A stretch of 47,477 nucleotides of DNA from Minisyncoccota bacterium (GTDB lineage: Bacteria > Patescibacteriota > Minisyncoccia > Phycocordibacterales > UBA918). The stretch covers positions 1 through 47,477 of the forward strand of contig JBDNIW010000015.1 in NCBI GenBank assembly GCA_041688155.1. Reading direction: 5' to 3'. A program made the position numbers and the translations under genes. The notes beneath the pieces are model-generated. The model did no database searches. It had not been told where the DNA came from and worked only from the letters and a program-made list of their open reading frames with translations. The number at the start of each line of letters is the position of its first letter. Positions within the stretch are counted from its first letter, which is position 1. Shown one piece after another: positions 8,629 to 19,118 of this stretch.

Positions 8629-10803
8629 TTAGGCAGCGACTCCGCGAGCCTTCTTGATGTCTTCAGCTACGTTTGGTGGAACTACTTCGTAGTGGTCGAA
8701 TTCCATCGTCATCGACGCTCGGCCTTGGGTCATTGACCGTAGGGTGTTGGTATAGCCGAACATTTCGGACAGAGGAATCTTGGAATTAACGATGGTCTTG
8801 CCACCGACCTCAGTGGTGCCTTCAATCTGACCCCGCTTACTGGAGATGTTTCCTTGGATGTCTCCCATGTATTCTTCTGGAGTGCGGACTTCGACTTTCA
8901 TGATTGGTTCGAGGATAACCGGCGTCGCGCGCGCGGCCGCTTCTTTGAAGGCGTTGATACCAGCTAGTTTAAAGGCGATTTCACTCGAGTCGACATCGTG
9001 GAATGAACCATCATACAGTTCAACTGATACGTCTTCCATTTTGTATCCGGCCACAAACCCACGAGTCATGGCTTCGCGACATCCCTTCATCACGGCGGGG
9101 ATAAATTCTTGTGGAATCACCCCTCCCTTGATGCTGTTGACGAATTCAAAGTGATCTTCGCGGGTGACGTTTTTGGCGACCTTGACCGGTTCACCGGCGT
9201 CGTCTAGTTCACGCGCTGGTAGTGGCTTGATGCGGATTTTGACGTGACCGTACTGCCCGCGTCCACCTGACTGTTTGGCGTACTTGTGGTCAGCTTCGGC
9301 TGAACCTTGGATAGTTTCTCGGTAGGCTACCTGTGGTGCACCGATGTTGGCTTCTACCCCGAATTCTCGTTTCATGCGGTCAACGAGGATGTCTAGGTGC
9401 AACTCCCCCATTCCAGCGATGATGGTCTCAAGGGTTTCTTCGTCAGTTGAGACGACAAACGTTGGGTCTTCGTCTGATAGTCGCTTGAGTGCAACTCCCA
9501 TTTTCTCTTGGTCTTGCTTGGTTTTTGGTTCAACCCGAACTGCTACTACTGGAGCGGGGAACGTGATCGCTTCAAGAAGGAGCGGGTTGCTCAGGTCACA
9601 CAGGGTGTGTGAGGTTTTCACTTCCTTAATCCCGACGGCCGCAGCGATTTCGCCGGCGTACACTTCATCCACTTCTTCTCGCTTGTCAGCCATCAGTCGC
9701 ACCAGTCGTCCGACACGTTCCTTGTTACCAGTTGAGGCGTTGAGGATGTACGTACCTGAAGTCACCTTGCCTGAATACACACGGAAGAAAGCCAACTGCC
9801 CAACGAACTTGTCGTCCTGGAGTTTAAACACGAGCGCAGACATCGGTTCAGCGTCATCTGGCTTGCGGGTGATGATGACGTCTTCATCATCGACGTCGTG
9901 CCCGATTATATCTGGTAGGTCGGTCGGTGCTGGCAAGTAGTCCACCACCGCGTCTAGCACGAGCTGCACCCCGATGTTCTGTAGCGCCGTCCCCGTCATG
10001 ATAGGAAAAATCTCGTTGGCGAGCACCGCTTTACGCAGGGTTTTTTTGAGTTCCTCCAGGGTTGGTTCAGTACCTTCGAGAAAGGCTTCCATCTGAGCAT
10101 CGTCGTGCTCGACTACTTTTTCCACGAGTTCAGCCCGCCACTTTTTAGCTTCTTCGAGGAGGTTATCGGGGATCTCTTCTTCGGTCACGAGTGTACCCAT
10201 TTCTCCGGCAAACCGGTAGGCTTTCATGGTGATGAGGTCGATGACTCCAGCCATAGCGTTTTCTGCTCCGATTGGGATTTGGATTCGCACAGCTTTGGGT
10301 GACAGTCGTTCGTGGATTGATTTCACTGACGCGTCAAAATCAGCGCCCAGTTTGTCCATTTTGTTGACAAAACAGATGCGTGGTACAGCGGCCTCATCCG
10401 CGTAGCCCCAGTTGGTTTCGGTCTGTGGCTCTACTCCAGCCGCGCCGTCAAACACCACGACAGCACCATCGAGCACGCGCATCGATCGTTTCACCTCAGC
10501 GGTAAAGTCGATGTGACCGGGTGTATCGATAATGTTAAAGGTGTATTTGAGGTCTTTGGAGGTTCGGTCAGTCTCGAGAGTCTTGGTCCAGTTACAGGAA
10601 ATAGCCGCCGCGGTGATGGTGATACCCCGTTCACGTTCTTGCTCCATCCAGTCAGTGACGGTCGCACCATCGTGCACCTCACCGATTTTGTGACTCGTCC
10701 CGGTGTAAAACAAAATTCGTTCCGACGTGGTGGTTTTGCCCGCATCAACGTGCGCAACGATTCCGAAGTTACGTAGTCGTTCGATTGGAAATGCTCGTGC
10801 CAT
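8629..10803 (-). CDS. fusA: Elongation factor G
   Basis: [23 protein letters not shown] and GMGELHL. Confidence 0.99.
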   Translation of the reverse strand: MARAFPIERLRNFGIVAHVDAGKTTTSERILFYTGTSHKIGEVHDGATVTDWMEQERERGITITAAAISCNWTKTLETDRTSKDLKYTFNIIDTPGHIDFTAEVKRSMRVLDGAVVVFDGAAGVEPQTETNWGYADEAAVPRICFVNKMDKLGADFDASVKSIHERLSPKAVRIQIPIGAENAMAGVIDLITMKAYRFAGEMGTLVTEEEIPDNLLEEAKKWRAELVEKVVEHDDAQMEAFLEGTEPTLEELKKTLRKAVLANEIFPIMTGTALQNIGVQLVLDAVVDYLPAPTDLPDIIGHDVDDEDVIITRKPDDAEPMSALVFKLQDDKFVGQLAFFRVYSGKVTSGTYILNASTGNKERVGRLVRLMADKREEVDEVYAGEIAAAVGIKEVKTSHTLCDLSNPLLLEAITFPAPVVAVRVEPKTKQDQEKMGVALKRLSDEDPTFVVSTDEETLETIIAGMGELHLDILVDRMKREFGVEANIGAPQVAYRETIQGSAEADHKYAKQSGGRGQYGHVKIRIKPLPARELDDAGEPVKVAKNVTREDHFEFVNSIKGGVIPQEFIPAVMKGCREAMTRGFVAGYKMEDVSVELYDGSFHDVDSSEIAFKLAGINAFKEAAARATPVILEPIMKVEVRTPEEYMGDIQGNISSKRGQIEGTTEVGGKTIVNSKIPLSEMFGYTNTLRSMTQGRASMTMEFDHYEVVPPNVAEDIKKARGVAA

Positions 10804-11097
10804 AGTACTAGTTACTTATATATGTATAAATTAAATAATCTGCTCTCGGTCAAGCTCGTGCTAGGAGATGATTTGAGAAAGTTGCCCCGCATAATCGAGG
10901 GCAAGGTGCGGCTACTATATAGGAAAGTAAGCCAATCAGCAACCAAAATCGGAGCAGGAATCGCTAGCCACACCACAACCCCGACGCCACAATGCCGCAC
11001 AACCAAGCCATTGACTTTTGCTTAGTATCGTGCTATTGTTGTTAGCAGTAAGGTGCTGGGCATCCCGTCCTCCACCGCGCTCAAAGGGAGATTCCTC

Positions 11098-11913
11098 ATG
11101 CGTACACCGTTCCTTTCCATCGCCGTAATAGCGGCACTTACCTTTTTTCCGGCATTCGCCCAAACGTCCGCGGACGAAGCATCCAGCCCTGACGAAATGG
11201 CCACCGCGCTGATGATTAAGACATGGCAGCCATCCCCCGAAACATTGGTTGTGCTGCTCGACATGGTCGACATTCCTACCATCGTCGAAGGTCAGCAGGA
11301 ACTCACCCGCTATGGTCTTGGGCGTATCTCTGGCAATATTCGTTGGGGAGCATGTCGATATTTTTTTGGCGACTCTTGCTTCCGTACTGAAACTGTGGCT
11401 TATCTCGTCACCCAGTCGAGCCTGCGTGCTCTCACCCATAACCCAAGTTTCCTGGGCAACATGAGCAGCGCTCAGCGTGACCTGCTCGTCGAGCAAGTGG
11501 TGACCATGGCCGGCGAAGACTCATTGCAGACACTGCTTGGTGATATCGAGCTGGTATACAGCATGGAGTTCGATGCCTCCCAGGCGCTCAACTACCAACG
11601 CTGGCGTCAGAACGCCTGTAACTTCGCCCTTCGTCCTAACGACGGTGGGTTGGGTAACTGGCGGGAAGTTAACGCAACGATGACTGTAGTCGAGTGTGTG
11701 CAGGACGATTTCACGCAATTCATGCGTGAAACCTACTGCAAACCAGCGACATCGCCTGACACTTGTGACCTGCAAAATATCAGCTGGACCTACGGCTTCT
11801 TGCAACGTCGCTACATTATCGGTGGCTCAGAGTTCGTTCAGGATTGGCAAGATCTGCTGCGTCTGACCGCGACACGTGTCACCGTCGGTGCTGATGAAGC
11901 TGCAGCCGACTGA
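11098..11913 (+). CDS. Hypothetical secreted protein
   Basis: SD AAAGGGAG before the ATG at 11098; signal peptide MRTPFLSIAVIAALTFFPAFAQ; six Cys; promoter TTGACT-N17-TATTGT at 11011-11039. Confidence 0.8.
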   Translation: MRTPFLSIAVIAALTFFPAFAQTSADEASSPDEMATALMIKTWQPSPETLVVLLDMVDIPTIVEGQQELTRYGLGRISGNIRWGACRYFFGDSCFRTETVAYLVTQSSLRALTHNPSFLGNMSSAQRDLLVEQVVTMAGEDSLQTLLGDIELVYSMEFDASQALNYQRWRQNACNFALRPNDGGLGNWREVNATMTVVECVQDDFTQFMRETYCKPATSPDTCDLQNISWTYGFLQRRYIIGGSEFVQDWQDLLRLTATRVTVGADEAAAD

Positions 11914-11940
11914 TCTTTCGCTCACCAATCGGTGAGCCTC

Positions 11941-11977
11941 AAATCCCCCGCACATCCGTGTTGTGGGGGATTTTTTT
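11941..11977 (+). terminator. Intrinsic terminator
   Basis: Stem atcccccgcac...ttgtgggggat followed by a T-tract. Confidence 0.7.
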
Positions 11978-12043
11978 GTCATAAATTTGGTGGTAGCTCG
12001 TATATACTAGAAACACTAACCAGCTAACGCTTCCCATTTATAT

Positions 12044-14107
12044 ATGCAAACTCAATACGACGTGGTAGTAATCGGAGCTGGCTCAGGTGGACTGACTGCC
12101 GCAGTTGGGTTTTCGAAAGTTGGTAAATCTGTGCTGCTGGTGGAACGTGAACACATGGGTGGTGAGTGTACTAATTCTGGCTGCATCCCGAGCAAGGCAC
12201 TATTGCACCACGCCAAGACGTACCACGCGGCGCAGCAGATTGCAGGTGACACCACCACTGGAGAAACCTATCGGCGGGCAGCATTTACATATGTACGCAG
12301 TACAATCGACGCGATTCTCGCCGAAGAAACCCCCGAAACGTTTCAAAACCTAGGCATCGATGTCTTGATCGGGGAGGCAGTGTTCACGAGTGCCAATACG
12401 CTGACGGTTAGTACGACCACCTATCAATTCAAAACCGCCATCATCGCAACTGGGTCCAGTCCCCGAATGATCGACGTGCCTGGTCTCGCTGAGAAACACA
12501 TCCTGACTAACCAAAATATTTTTAACCTCTTGGACGTACCCGAGAAACTCCTCGTCATTGGTGGCGGACCAATTGGGATGGAGTTGGCGCAGGCGTGTGC
12601 AATGCTCGGGAGCAAGGTGACCATCGCCGAGCGCAGTGACGAGTTTGCCAGCCTTGAAGACAAAGCTATTCGGCCGATTATCAGGAGAGCGTTCGAGAGT
12701 CTAGGGATCACCATTTACACTGGCGCAGACCTGACAAAAGTCGACGGCATCACTGCCCACTTTAATCACGTACCGGGCAAAAAAATCGTCGACAATTTTA
12801 CGATAGAGTTTGACTGGGTGTTAATTGCTATCGGGCGAACACCCAATCTCCCCGCCGGACTCAAAACGGCGGGGATTGCGAGTGAGTCAACCGGCGTCAC
12901 CGTTGACAGCCAGCACCGAACGACTAACAAACGAGTCTACGCCGTTGGCGATGTCGCCAGTCGGTTGCAGTTCACCCACGTCGCCGACGACGTCGCGCGA
13001 CAGGTCGTCGCGCGAGTCACCAGCAGAGGATTGCTTCGTGTGAACAACACCAAAGTCATCCCCAAAGTCACCTACACCGCCCCTGAGCTGGCACAAGTCG
13101 GGCTGTCATGGAGCGATGCAACTACCAAGTACGCCGCAGATACATTAATGCGAATCGAAGTTCCACTAGAACACAACGACCGGGCCAAAACTGACAGCGC
13201 AACTGATGGTGTGCTGGTCGTTATCGCTAAACGTCTCAGTGGAAAAATAATCGGCGCGCATATTATCGGACCCGCCGCGGGTGAACTCATCAATATCTTC
13301 ACCCTCGCCATCGATCAAAACCTCTCACTCTGGAAATTACAAAAAACCGTCTTTGCCTACCCGACGTATAGTCTGATAATTAAAAAAGCCGCTGACCAAT
13401 TTGTGGGTCGGCAGGTTGGTGACTTGAAAACAGATTTGATCAAATCCGCAAAACGTCAAGCTCCCAAAATAATCGCCGTAGTAATTTGGATTGCAGCACT
13501 AGTTGCACTCAACCAGTATCAAACCAGTCAAGGACTGACGACGACAGAAACAGCAATTTGGATGTTTGATTTTATTGCGCTCACGTTCTGGGGACCACTC
13601 CTGTACATACTGCTCTACGCGATTCGTCCGGTGACATTCTTCCCCGCCACGGCACTAACTATTTTGTCGGGCATATTTTTTGGGTTTTTATGGGGGACGG
13701 TGTTGACGGTTATTGCGGCAACGTTGGCTGCGGCCGTGGCATATGTCGTCGGCCGCTGGTTCGCAACGAGTCTGCGACTAGAAGACAGCGCGATAGGAAA
13801 CTCGGTCACCGCTCTGCGGGAGAATACATTCAGTGCAGTTCTAATCATGCGCCTCATCTTTATCCCGTTTGACCTGCTCAGTTACGCCGCCGGGATTCTG
13901 CAAACCAAATTTGTTCCCTTTATCACGGCCACGTTTATTGGGATTATGCTTGGCACGGCTACATTTGTCTCGATTGGCGCCTCACTCAACGTCGAAGAGT
14001 TCCGCACCAATGGGTTTAGTTTCGATTTATTTGAGCCACAGTTCCTGGTATTGTCTGGACTGATCCTACTCGCTTCACTGACAGTGGCAAAACTCCTCAA
14101 GCGTTAG
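12044..14107 (+). CDS. Class-I pyridine nucleotide-disulfide oxidoreductase (Lpd/MerA-like) fused to a C-terminal VTT/DedA (TVP38) membrane domain
   Basis: IGAGSGG, GGECTNSGCIPSK, IGGGPIGME and VYAVGD; C-terminal hydrophobic domain with RPVTFFP and MRLIFIPFDLLSYAAG. Confidence 0.9.
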   Translation: MQTQYDVVVIGAGSGGLTAAVGFSKVGKSVLLVEREHMGGECTNSGCIPSKALLHHAKTYHAAQQIAGDTTTGETYRRAAFTYVRSTIDAILAEETPETFQNLGIDVLIGEAVFTSANTLTVSTTTYQFKTAIIATGSSPRMIDVPGLAEKHILTNQNIFNLLDVPEKLLVIGGGPIGMELAQACAMLGSKVTIAERSDEFASLEDKAIRPIIRRAFESLGITIYTGADLTKVDGITAHFNHVPGKKIVDNFTIEFDWVLIAIGRTPNLPAGLKTAGIASESTGVTVDSQHRTTNKRVYAVGDVASRLQFTHVADDVARQVVARVTSRGLLRVNNTKVIPKVTYTAPELAQVGLSWSDATTKYAADTLMRIEVPLEHNDRAKTDSATDGVLVVIAKRLSGKIIGAHIIGPAAGELINIFTLAIDQNLSLWKLQKTVFAYPTYSLIIKKAADQFVGRQVGDLKTDLIKSAKRQAPKIIAVVIWIAALVALNQYQTSQGLTTTETAIWMFDFIALTFWGPLLYILLYAIRPVTFFPATALTILSGIFFGFLWGTVLTVIAATLAAAVAYVVGRWFATSLRLEDSAIGNSVTALRENTFSAVLIMRLIFIPFDLLSYAAGILQTKFVPFITATFIGIMLGTATFVSIGASLNVEEFRTNGFSFDLFEPQFLVLSGLILLASLTVAKLLKR

Positions 14108-14119
14108 TAGAGTATGATG

Positions 14120-14161
14120 TAACGTAAAAGCCGGTACCCATGGGTACCGGCTTTTACGTTA
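14120..14161. terminator. Bidirectional terminator (perfect 42-bp palindrome)
   Basis: taacgtaaaagccggtacccatgggtaccggcttttacgtta between convergent genes. Confidence 0.8.
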
Positions 14162-14227
14162 GACCTTCTTCACTTTTTCTTTTTTTGGTTTCTTGACCTC
14201 TTTTTTGCGATCAGTTCCTTTGGCCAT
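14159..14227 (-). CDS. 22-aa lysine-rich peptide
   Basis: MAKGTDRKKEVKKPKKEKVKKV*; starts 4 nt after the upstream stop and ends in the terminator. Confidence 0.65.
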   Translation of the reverse strand: MAKGTDRKKEVKKPKKEKVKKV

Positions 14228-14231
14228 GGAT

Positions 14232-14474
14232 TTATTTCTTCTTGGTTGCTTTCTTTTTTGGAGCGGCTTTCTTGACTGCTTTCTTGACTACTTTTTTGGT
14301 ACTCTTGGCAGCTGGTTTTTTGGCGGCTACTTTTTTCTTTGGTGCGGCTTTCTTTTTAGTTGCGGCTGATTTGATCACTAGCTTCTTGACAACTTTTTTT
14401 GCTGTTGGTTTTTTAGCAGCTACTTTTTTCATTGGTGCGGCTTTTTTAGCCGCTGGTTTTTTTGCTGTTGGCAT
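14232..14474 (-). CDS. Histone H1-like Lys/Ala/Pro-rich basic protein
   Basis: MPTAKKPAAKKAAPMKK... with AAKK/PKKK repeats; 80 aa. Confidence 0.85.
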   Translation of the reverse strand: MPTAKKPAAKKAAPMKKVAAKKPTAKKVVKKLVIKSAATKKKAAPKKKVAAKKPAAKSTKKVVKKAVKKAAPKKKATKKK

Positions 14475-14584
14475 ATTTAAATAATTTACTATTACACCCC
14501 CAATTGAGTGAGGATCTAATTTCAATTATACGTGTTACTAAAAAATAAAAATGGCAAAATAAAAAAAGGTGTGCACAAACTAAA

Positions 14585-14842
14585 TTATAAAAATAATTCC
14601 CTCTTTTTATTTGTCGGCAGCTTTTTTATTTCTATTTCTCGTTTCAATGCTTCGCTGCGCGAAGCAAATAATTCTCGATGGACGACCTGCACCGGCCTAC
14701 GTCCACTGGTGTAGCGCGCACCAGCTACTTTACCAACCCCATTATGTTCCTGTACCCTTCGTTCCACGTCAGTAGTGTACCCACAGTACAACGTCACGTC
14801 CGAGCAGCGTAGTATGTATACATAATGTCGTTCAGACTTCAT
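14585..14842 (-). CDS. GIY-YIG nuclease family protein (UPF0213-like)
   Basis: YVYILRC..LYCGYTTDVERRVQEHN..GARYT..RRPV..EALKRE. Confidence 0.92.
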   Translation of the reverse strand: MKSERHYVYILRCSDVTLYCGYTTDVERRVQEHNGVGKVAGARYTSGRRPVQVVHRELFASRSEALKREIEIKKLPTNKKRELFL

Positions 14843-14869
14843 CCAACTAGTGTAACAAAACATCATGCA

Positions 14870-14901
14870 AAAAATCCCGAGGCCTGGCCTTGGGATTTTT
14901 A
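14870..14901. terminator. Terminator after ABC-F gene
   Basis: aaaaatcccgaggcc-t-ggccttgggattttt. Confidence 0.7.
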
Positions 14902-16392
14902 TTACTTTTTAGCTGGCTTCAACTTACTCAAATCGAGGATGTCGTCGATCTTGATCAGCTCGACAAAATCTGGGACGTGGGAGACGAGGATCATGGCGCC
15001 TTTGTATTCGTTCAAGGCTTGAGCTATGACTGGGATGTGGCGGAAGTTGATGTGGTTGGTCGGCTCGTCGAGGATCAGGAGACCCGGTTCTTCCATCCGC
15101 AATTTGGCAAACGCCACGAGGCCTTTCTGCCCCTCAGATAGATCACCAACTTTAGATTTCATCACGTCACCAAACAAGAGGAACCCAGCGGCGATTGACC
15201 GCATGTCTTCTTCAAGTTTTTTCTTCATACTATCCATCAATGTCTCGAACACTGATTTGCTAAAATCGAGGTTGGAGAAGTCTTGGCGGTAGTAGCCGAT
15301 TTTGACGCCAGCGGCCACCTCTTCGCCGGTGGCGGTGCCGCCCGCCAGGGTTTCAAGCAGCGTAGTTTTTCCAATGCCATTGGGACCGACAATCTGCAGG
15401 TGCTCGCCTCGCTTGAGGGTGATGTCGCATACCATCTCTTTGGGCTGGTGGTCACGGATGACGGTGACAGAGGTCAGTTTGATAATCTCCAGCGGGATGT
15501 CGCCGTGTGGCTCGACGGTAAACGGTCGGATGGCTTTATCTTCGCGGCGAACGTCGACCTTGCTGTCCTCAGCCTCTTCGATCTCAGCGCGCATTTTTTT
15601 GGCGACCAGACGCATTTTGCCTCCCTTGGCGGCAAAATAGTTAATCTTGTCTTTGTCGGCCTGGATCTGTTTGTTCATGGCGGCGTTTTGCCGTTTTTCT
15701 TTCTCGACGCGTGCGGCTATTTCTCCGACTACCGTGTGGTAGTTCCCGTTATACTGCTCGACTTGGCGGTTTTGGGTGTTGAGGTACAAGACCCCTTGGG
15801 TAAACGAGTTGAGGAAATCTGCATCGTGAGAAATAACGATGACGGTTTTTTTGTATTCATTAAGGAACTCGGTCAAGTGTTCGATCCCAGCGGTGTCGAG
15901 GTTGTTGGTTGGCTCATCGAGCAACAACACGTCTGGGTTCTGGATCAAGGCTGACGCGAGTAGTAGTCGGGCCTGCTGCCCGCCAGAGAAACTACCGATG
16001 ATGCGGTCTTTAAACGTGTCGGTTTGGGATTCGGGTGGGGTGAGATTGACGACTTCGAGTATAGCGTCGATTTTGGGATCTATCTCGTAGATTTTTTCGG
16101 TAAAACACTTTTCAAAAAACGCTCGGACAGTAAGCTCAAGTTCTGCCCGCGGGATAATCTGCCTGGACACCGCAATGGTGGTCCGAGGTTGCAGATTGAT
16201 CATACCGCTCTCAGGCTGTAGGTCGCCAGTAATCAAGCCAAACAAGGTTGACTTGCCGGCGCCGTTTTGCCCCATCAGGGTCAACTTGGATCCCCGACGA
16301 ATCACAAAATCAGCCGCCTTTAAAATTGGTTTAGTTGCGTCGTGCTCAAACGACACGTCTTTGAAAACTATCAGTCCATCTCGTTGGTTCAT
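14902..16392 (-). CDS. ABC-F family ATPase
   Basis: Two nucleotide-binding domains (GQNGAGKS/FSGGQ/LLDEPTNNLD; GPNGIGKT/LSEGQ/ILDEPTNH) and no TM segments. Confidence 0.95.
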   Translation of the reverse strand: MNQRDGLIVFKDVSFEHDATKPILKAADFVIRRGSKLTLMGQNGAGKSTLFGLITGDLQPESGMINLQPRTTIAVSRQIIPRAELELTVRAFFEKCFTEKIYEIDPKIDAILEVVNLTPPESQTDTFKDRIIGSFSGGQQARLLLASALIQNPDVLLLDEPTNNLDTAGIEHLTEFLNEYKKTVIVISHDADFLNSFTQGVLYLNTQNRQVEQYNGNYHTVVGEIAARVEKEKRQNAAMNKQIQADKDKINYFAAKGGKMRLVAKKMRAEIEEAEDSKVDVRREDKAIRPFTVEPHGDIPLEIIKLTSVTVIRDHQPKEMVCDITLKRGEHLQIVGPNGIGKTTLLETLAGGTATGEEVAAGVKIGYYRQDFSNLDFSKSVFETLMDSMKKKLEEDMRSIAAGFLLFGDVMKSKVGDLSEGQKGLVAFAKLRMEEPGLLILDEPTNHINFRHIPVIAQALNEYKGAMILVSHVPDFVELIKIDDILDLSKLKPAKK

Positions 16393-16473
16393 GGCAGACA
16401 GCATACCTTATCGACCACACCATGCAACCCAAAAATACAATTTCGGCGGGGCGAATGCTACACTGACAGACCC

Positions 16474-17199
16474 ATAAAACCAGTTTTGCTGTATGGTGCG
16501 TTGTTTGTATTGTGCGTTGTGGTTGTCACTATGCTGTTTTGGCGACCAATCATGACCACCCTGGCTTGGTACACCTTGCAACACGAAATCGGTGACAACC
16601 AAATGTTGACCCTCACCCCACGGACAACCCTCCTGCTACCAGATCGGACTGATACAGATGCCCGCACCCCGTTTCAAACCCTCTCCATACCAGCACCGAC
16701 AGCCAAGACAGAACTGCGTAACGCCTCATCGACCCTAGTGGTCATAGCTGGCGACAGCGGGCAGACCTATATTTTGTCTTCTATCACCTCATTTGCGCAG
16801 CAGTTTGTAAACAACCCCAACCTGACCGTCGAATCAAAAAACAAAATCTGTAGTGGCAACACCAGGCCACTACTACTAAATCCCTGTGCTGATAATCAGG
16901 CATTTGTGCAGACAGTACTATCGGTGACGCCAGACGATGTCTCGCTGTTTTCAACCAGAGAAACGAAAGTATTTCACACCGTTTCTGTCTCCCTAAAACA
17001 ACTGTATGTTCCGCTCGAGACTGAGCAGGTTTTTGTCGTCACCACCGACACCGTGCAAGGCTACCTCGCCTACAGCCCGACTAGATCACTGGCGTTTGTG
17101 TTTGATCCAGCAGGCGTCGGCTACGAGATGGCTTTTTTTGCGATGGATCAAGCCGCTATTGCTACGGTCCTGCAGCACATCAAACCGTTAGAGCCCTGA
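16474..17199 (+). CDS. Hypothetical membrane-anchored protein (start uncertain)
   Basis: Long ORF with an N-terminal TM; -10-like TGCTACACT just upstream; candidate starts ATA 16474, TTG 16486 or ATG 16531. Confidence 0.7.
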   Translation: MKPVLLYGALFVLCVVVVTMLFWRPIMTTLAWYTLQHEIGDNQMLTLTPRTTLLLPDRTDTDARTPFQTLSIPAPTAKTELRNASSTLVVIAGDSGQTYILSSITSFAQQFVNNPNLTVESKNKICSGNTRPLLLNPCADNQAFVQTVLSVTPDDVSLFSTRETKVFHTVSVSLKQLYVPLETEQVFVVTTDTVQGYLAYSPTRSLAFVFDPAGVGYEMAFFAMDQAAIATVLQHIKPLEP

Positions 17200-18243
17200 C
17201 TCTAGGTTTTTGACTTTTTGTAGGGCTACGACGTACATACTCTCAGCCCACCCGAGCGGTGTGTTGGGGTTTGGTTTGTCGGTGTTGGAGTAGTACAACT
17301 CGGGCACGACACCGTCTGGAGTGACCGCGTTTTTGGCCCGGCGGAGGTAGTAGTACGCTCGCTCTTTGTCACCGCGCTCAGCGTAGATAATTGCTAGCCA
17401 CGCTAACCCGAAACACCACTCAGCTTCCTCACTAAACCCGTCGATGTTGTTGTTGTAGTAGCGATCGAGTTTATACCGGATGACGCCGCGTTCTTTGACC
17501 AAGTGATACTCAACGTTTTTGAGAATCTCTACCGTCTCTTCCTCAGTGGTAACGTTGAACGGATAGATGAGGGTAAGTAGTGCAAGGTCGGTAAACTTGG
17601 TGACCGACTCACGCGGAAGCAGAGCACGCAGGGCATGCTCCCCACGTTCTATCGCCACATCAGGCACCTCGAGCCAGTCAATCTGATTGGCTTTTTTGAG
17701 AGCAGCCACACACGAACCAATCGACGAGGCGTGCACCTCGAGGTTTTCTTCCCAGATACCATTGTCGTCGTCTTGCCAGTATTCAATCGCTACCAAGTAG
17801 TCAACGATTTTTTGAACCATGGCTTTTTCGTCAGTGGTTTCGATGACACTTTCGTCCATCAGTTCCAACGTGATGAGCAAATTCAACACCTCACCCACGG
17901 CATCGTTTTGACTATTGCCCCACTCTTCCCAATACTCTTCAAATGTTTCAGGATGGAACCGAGCGTGGATGTATTGCCAAGCTTCATGCGGTTTGTTCTC
18001 GATAGCCCAGTTAATCTTGTCTTGGTGTTTTACAAACACGCTCAGGAGTGCCTTGGCCGCGTTGCGCGTGGTGACCATATCACCCGTCTCAAAGAACCCC
18101 AGCGTGATGAAATAAATATCCCGCAACCAGGCTTTGTTATAAAACGTGTCGTCAAGTGAAGCGGTAAACACTCCCGGCACCCGTTCGAGGGTTTTGACAA
18201 CATCTAAGTGTTGCTTAATCTCGGCATCAAAATCAAAAGTCAT
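17188..18243 (-). CDS. Glycoside hydrolase family 15 (glucoamylase / phosphorylase-kinase-like) protein
   Basis: YNKAWLRD, QNDAVG, DNGIWEE, GVIRYKLDRY, EAEWCFG, VPELY and NTPLGWAES. Confidence 0.88.
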   Translation of the reverse strand: MTFDFDAEIKQHLDVVKTLERVPGVFTASLDDTFYNKAWLRDIYFITLGFFETGDMVTTRNAAKALLSVFVKHQDKINWAIENKPHEAWQYIHARFHPETFEEYWEEWGNSQNDAVGEVLNLLITLELMDESVIETTDEKAMVQKIVDYLVAIEYWQDDDNGIWEENLEVHASSIGSCVAALKKANQIDWLEVPDVAIERGEHALRALLPRESVTKFTDLALLTLIYPFNVTTEEETVEILKNVEYHLVKERGVIRYKLDRYYNNNIDGFSEEAEWCFGLAWLAIIYAERGDKERAYYYLRRAKNAVTPDGVVPELYYSNTDKPNPNTPLGWAESMYVVALQKVKNLESGL

Positions 18244-18270
18244 AAGAACAAAGGAACTAGATTAAATAAA

Positions 18271-18723
18271 TTACCGCGTCGCATGCTTCTGGACTCCTGG
18301 AGCCAGCTCTGCAACCTGGTCAACCCTAACCCCGCCACCTGCTTTTGGGGTATAGGGTAACGGATACTCCGGTACTTCAGGCATCGAATTGGCGGCCACC
18401 TCTACCCGCTCGTTTGGCGTTCGCAACGGCAGCTCATATTCACTTCGAGTCACGTCAGCCATTGTATCCATTCTGGTAGCGATCTCACCAGCAATCACAC
18501 GATCAATAAACCGGTTTTTATTGTCATTTGCCAGTTCATCTTTCAATGCTTGGAGGGCGATAATCTGTTTTCCTGATTTCATTGTTTCAAAACCTGAAAC
18601 ATCTTCAATCAGTTGCCTGGCTTTTTCTGGCGCACGATCTCGTAACTCGCGCCAATCAGCCAGATTCTCGATGTTCGACTCCCGTTCTACCGCAGAAGTT
18701 GGATCGTTAGGTATACGCTCCAT
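18271..18723 (-). CDS. Hypothetical protein
   Basis: 150-aa ORF from MERIPND; -10-like TGATATACT upstream. Confidence 0.7.
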   Translation of the reverse strand: MERIPNDPTSAVERESNIENLADWRELRDRAPEKARQLIEDVSGFETMKSGKQIIALQALKDELANDNKNRFIDRVIAGEIATRMDTMADVTRSEYELPLRTPNERVEVAANSMPEVPEYPLPYTPKAGGGVRVDQVAELAPGVQKHATR

Positions 18724-18845
18724 AGATACAGACTTAGAAAATAATACTAAGTATATCATGCGGCAGATTGGTTCCAGTGATAGGCTAGGTATTGAATCAA
18801 ATCAGCAAACATGCCAATATACCGCCAGACAAGAAAGGATAGCCT

Positions 18846-19118
18846 ATGACTGACAACCCACAGTCCCCACCCGGTGGCGACCCGCTTGGAAATGAGGTAG
18901 CACAACTCCTGCGCCGCCTCAAAAAAATTGCCCCTAACCACGAACTCGGGCAGCCGTGGAGTTCAGTTTTTGGAGAAAACAGCGCAGGTGTCCCAGGTCC
19001 TCCAGTCCTGACCATCTACGTAATGCAACAGACGGACGTTGAGTTGCTTGAACTAAAAAAGCGGTTAGAGCAGCTGCTCAAGCCACGCCTATGTTATTAC
19101 AAAAGGAGGCCCCTGTAA
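18846..19118 (+). CDS. Hypothetical protein (90 aa)
   Basis: SD AAAGGA 6 nt before the ATG; hairpin and T-tract at the stop. Confidence 0.6.
   Translation: MTDNPQSPPGGDPLGNEVAQLLRRLKKIAPNHELGQPWSSVFGENSAGVPGPPVLTIYVMQQTDVELLELKKRLEQLLKPRLCYYKRRPL

Noticed and set aside
14585-14842. GIY-YIG nuclease as a possible homing endonuclease or intron marker
   Set aside because: It is a short stand-alone UPF0213-type protein; flanking genes are uninterrupted and no intron core is visible.
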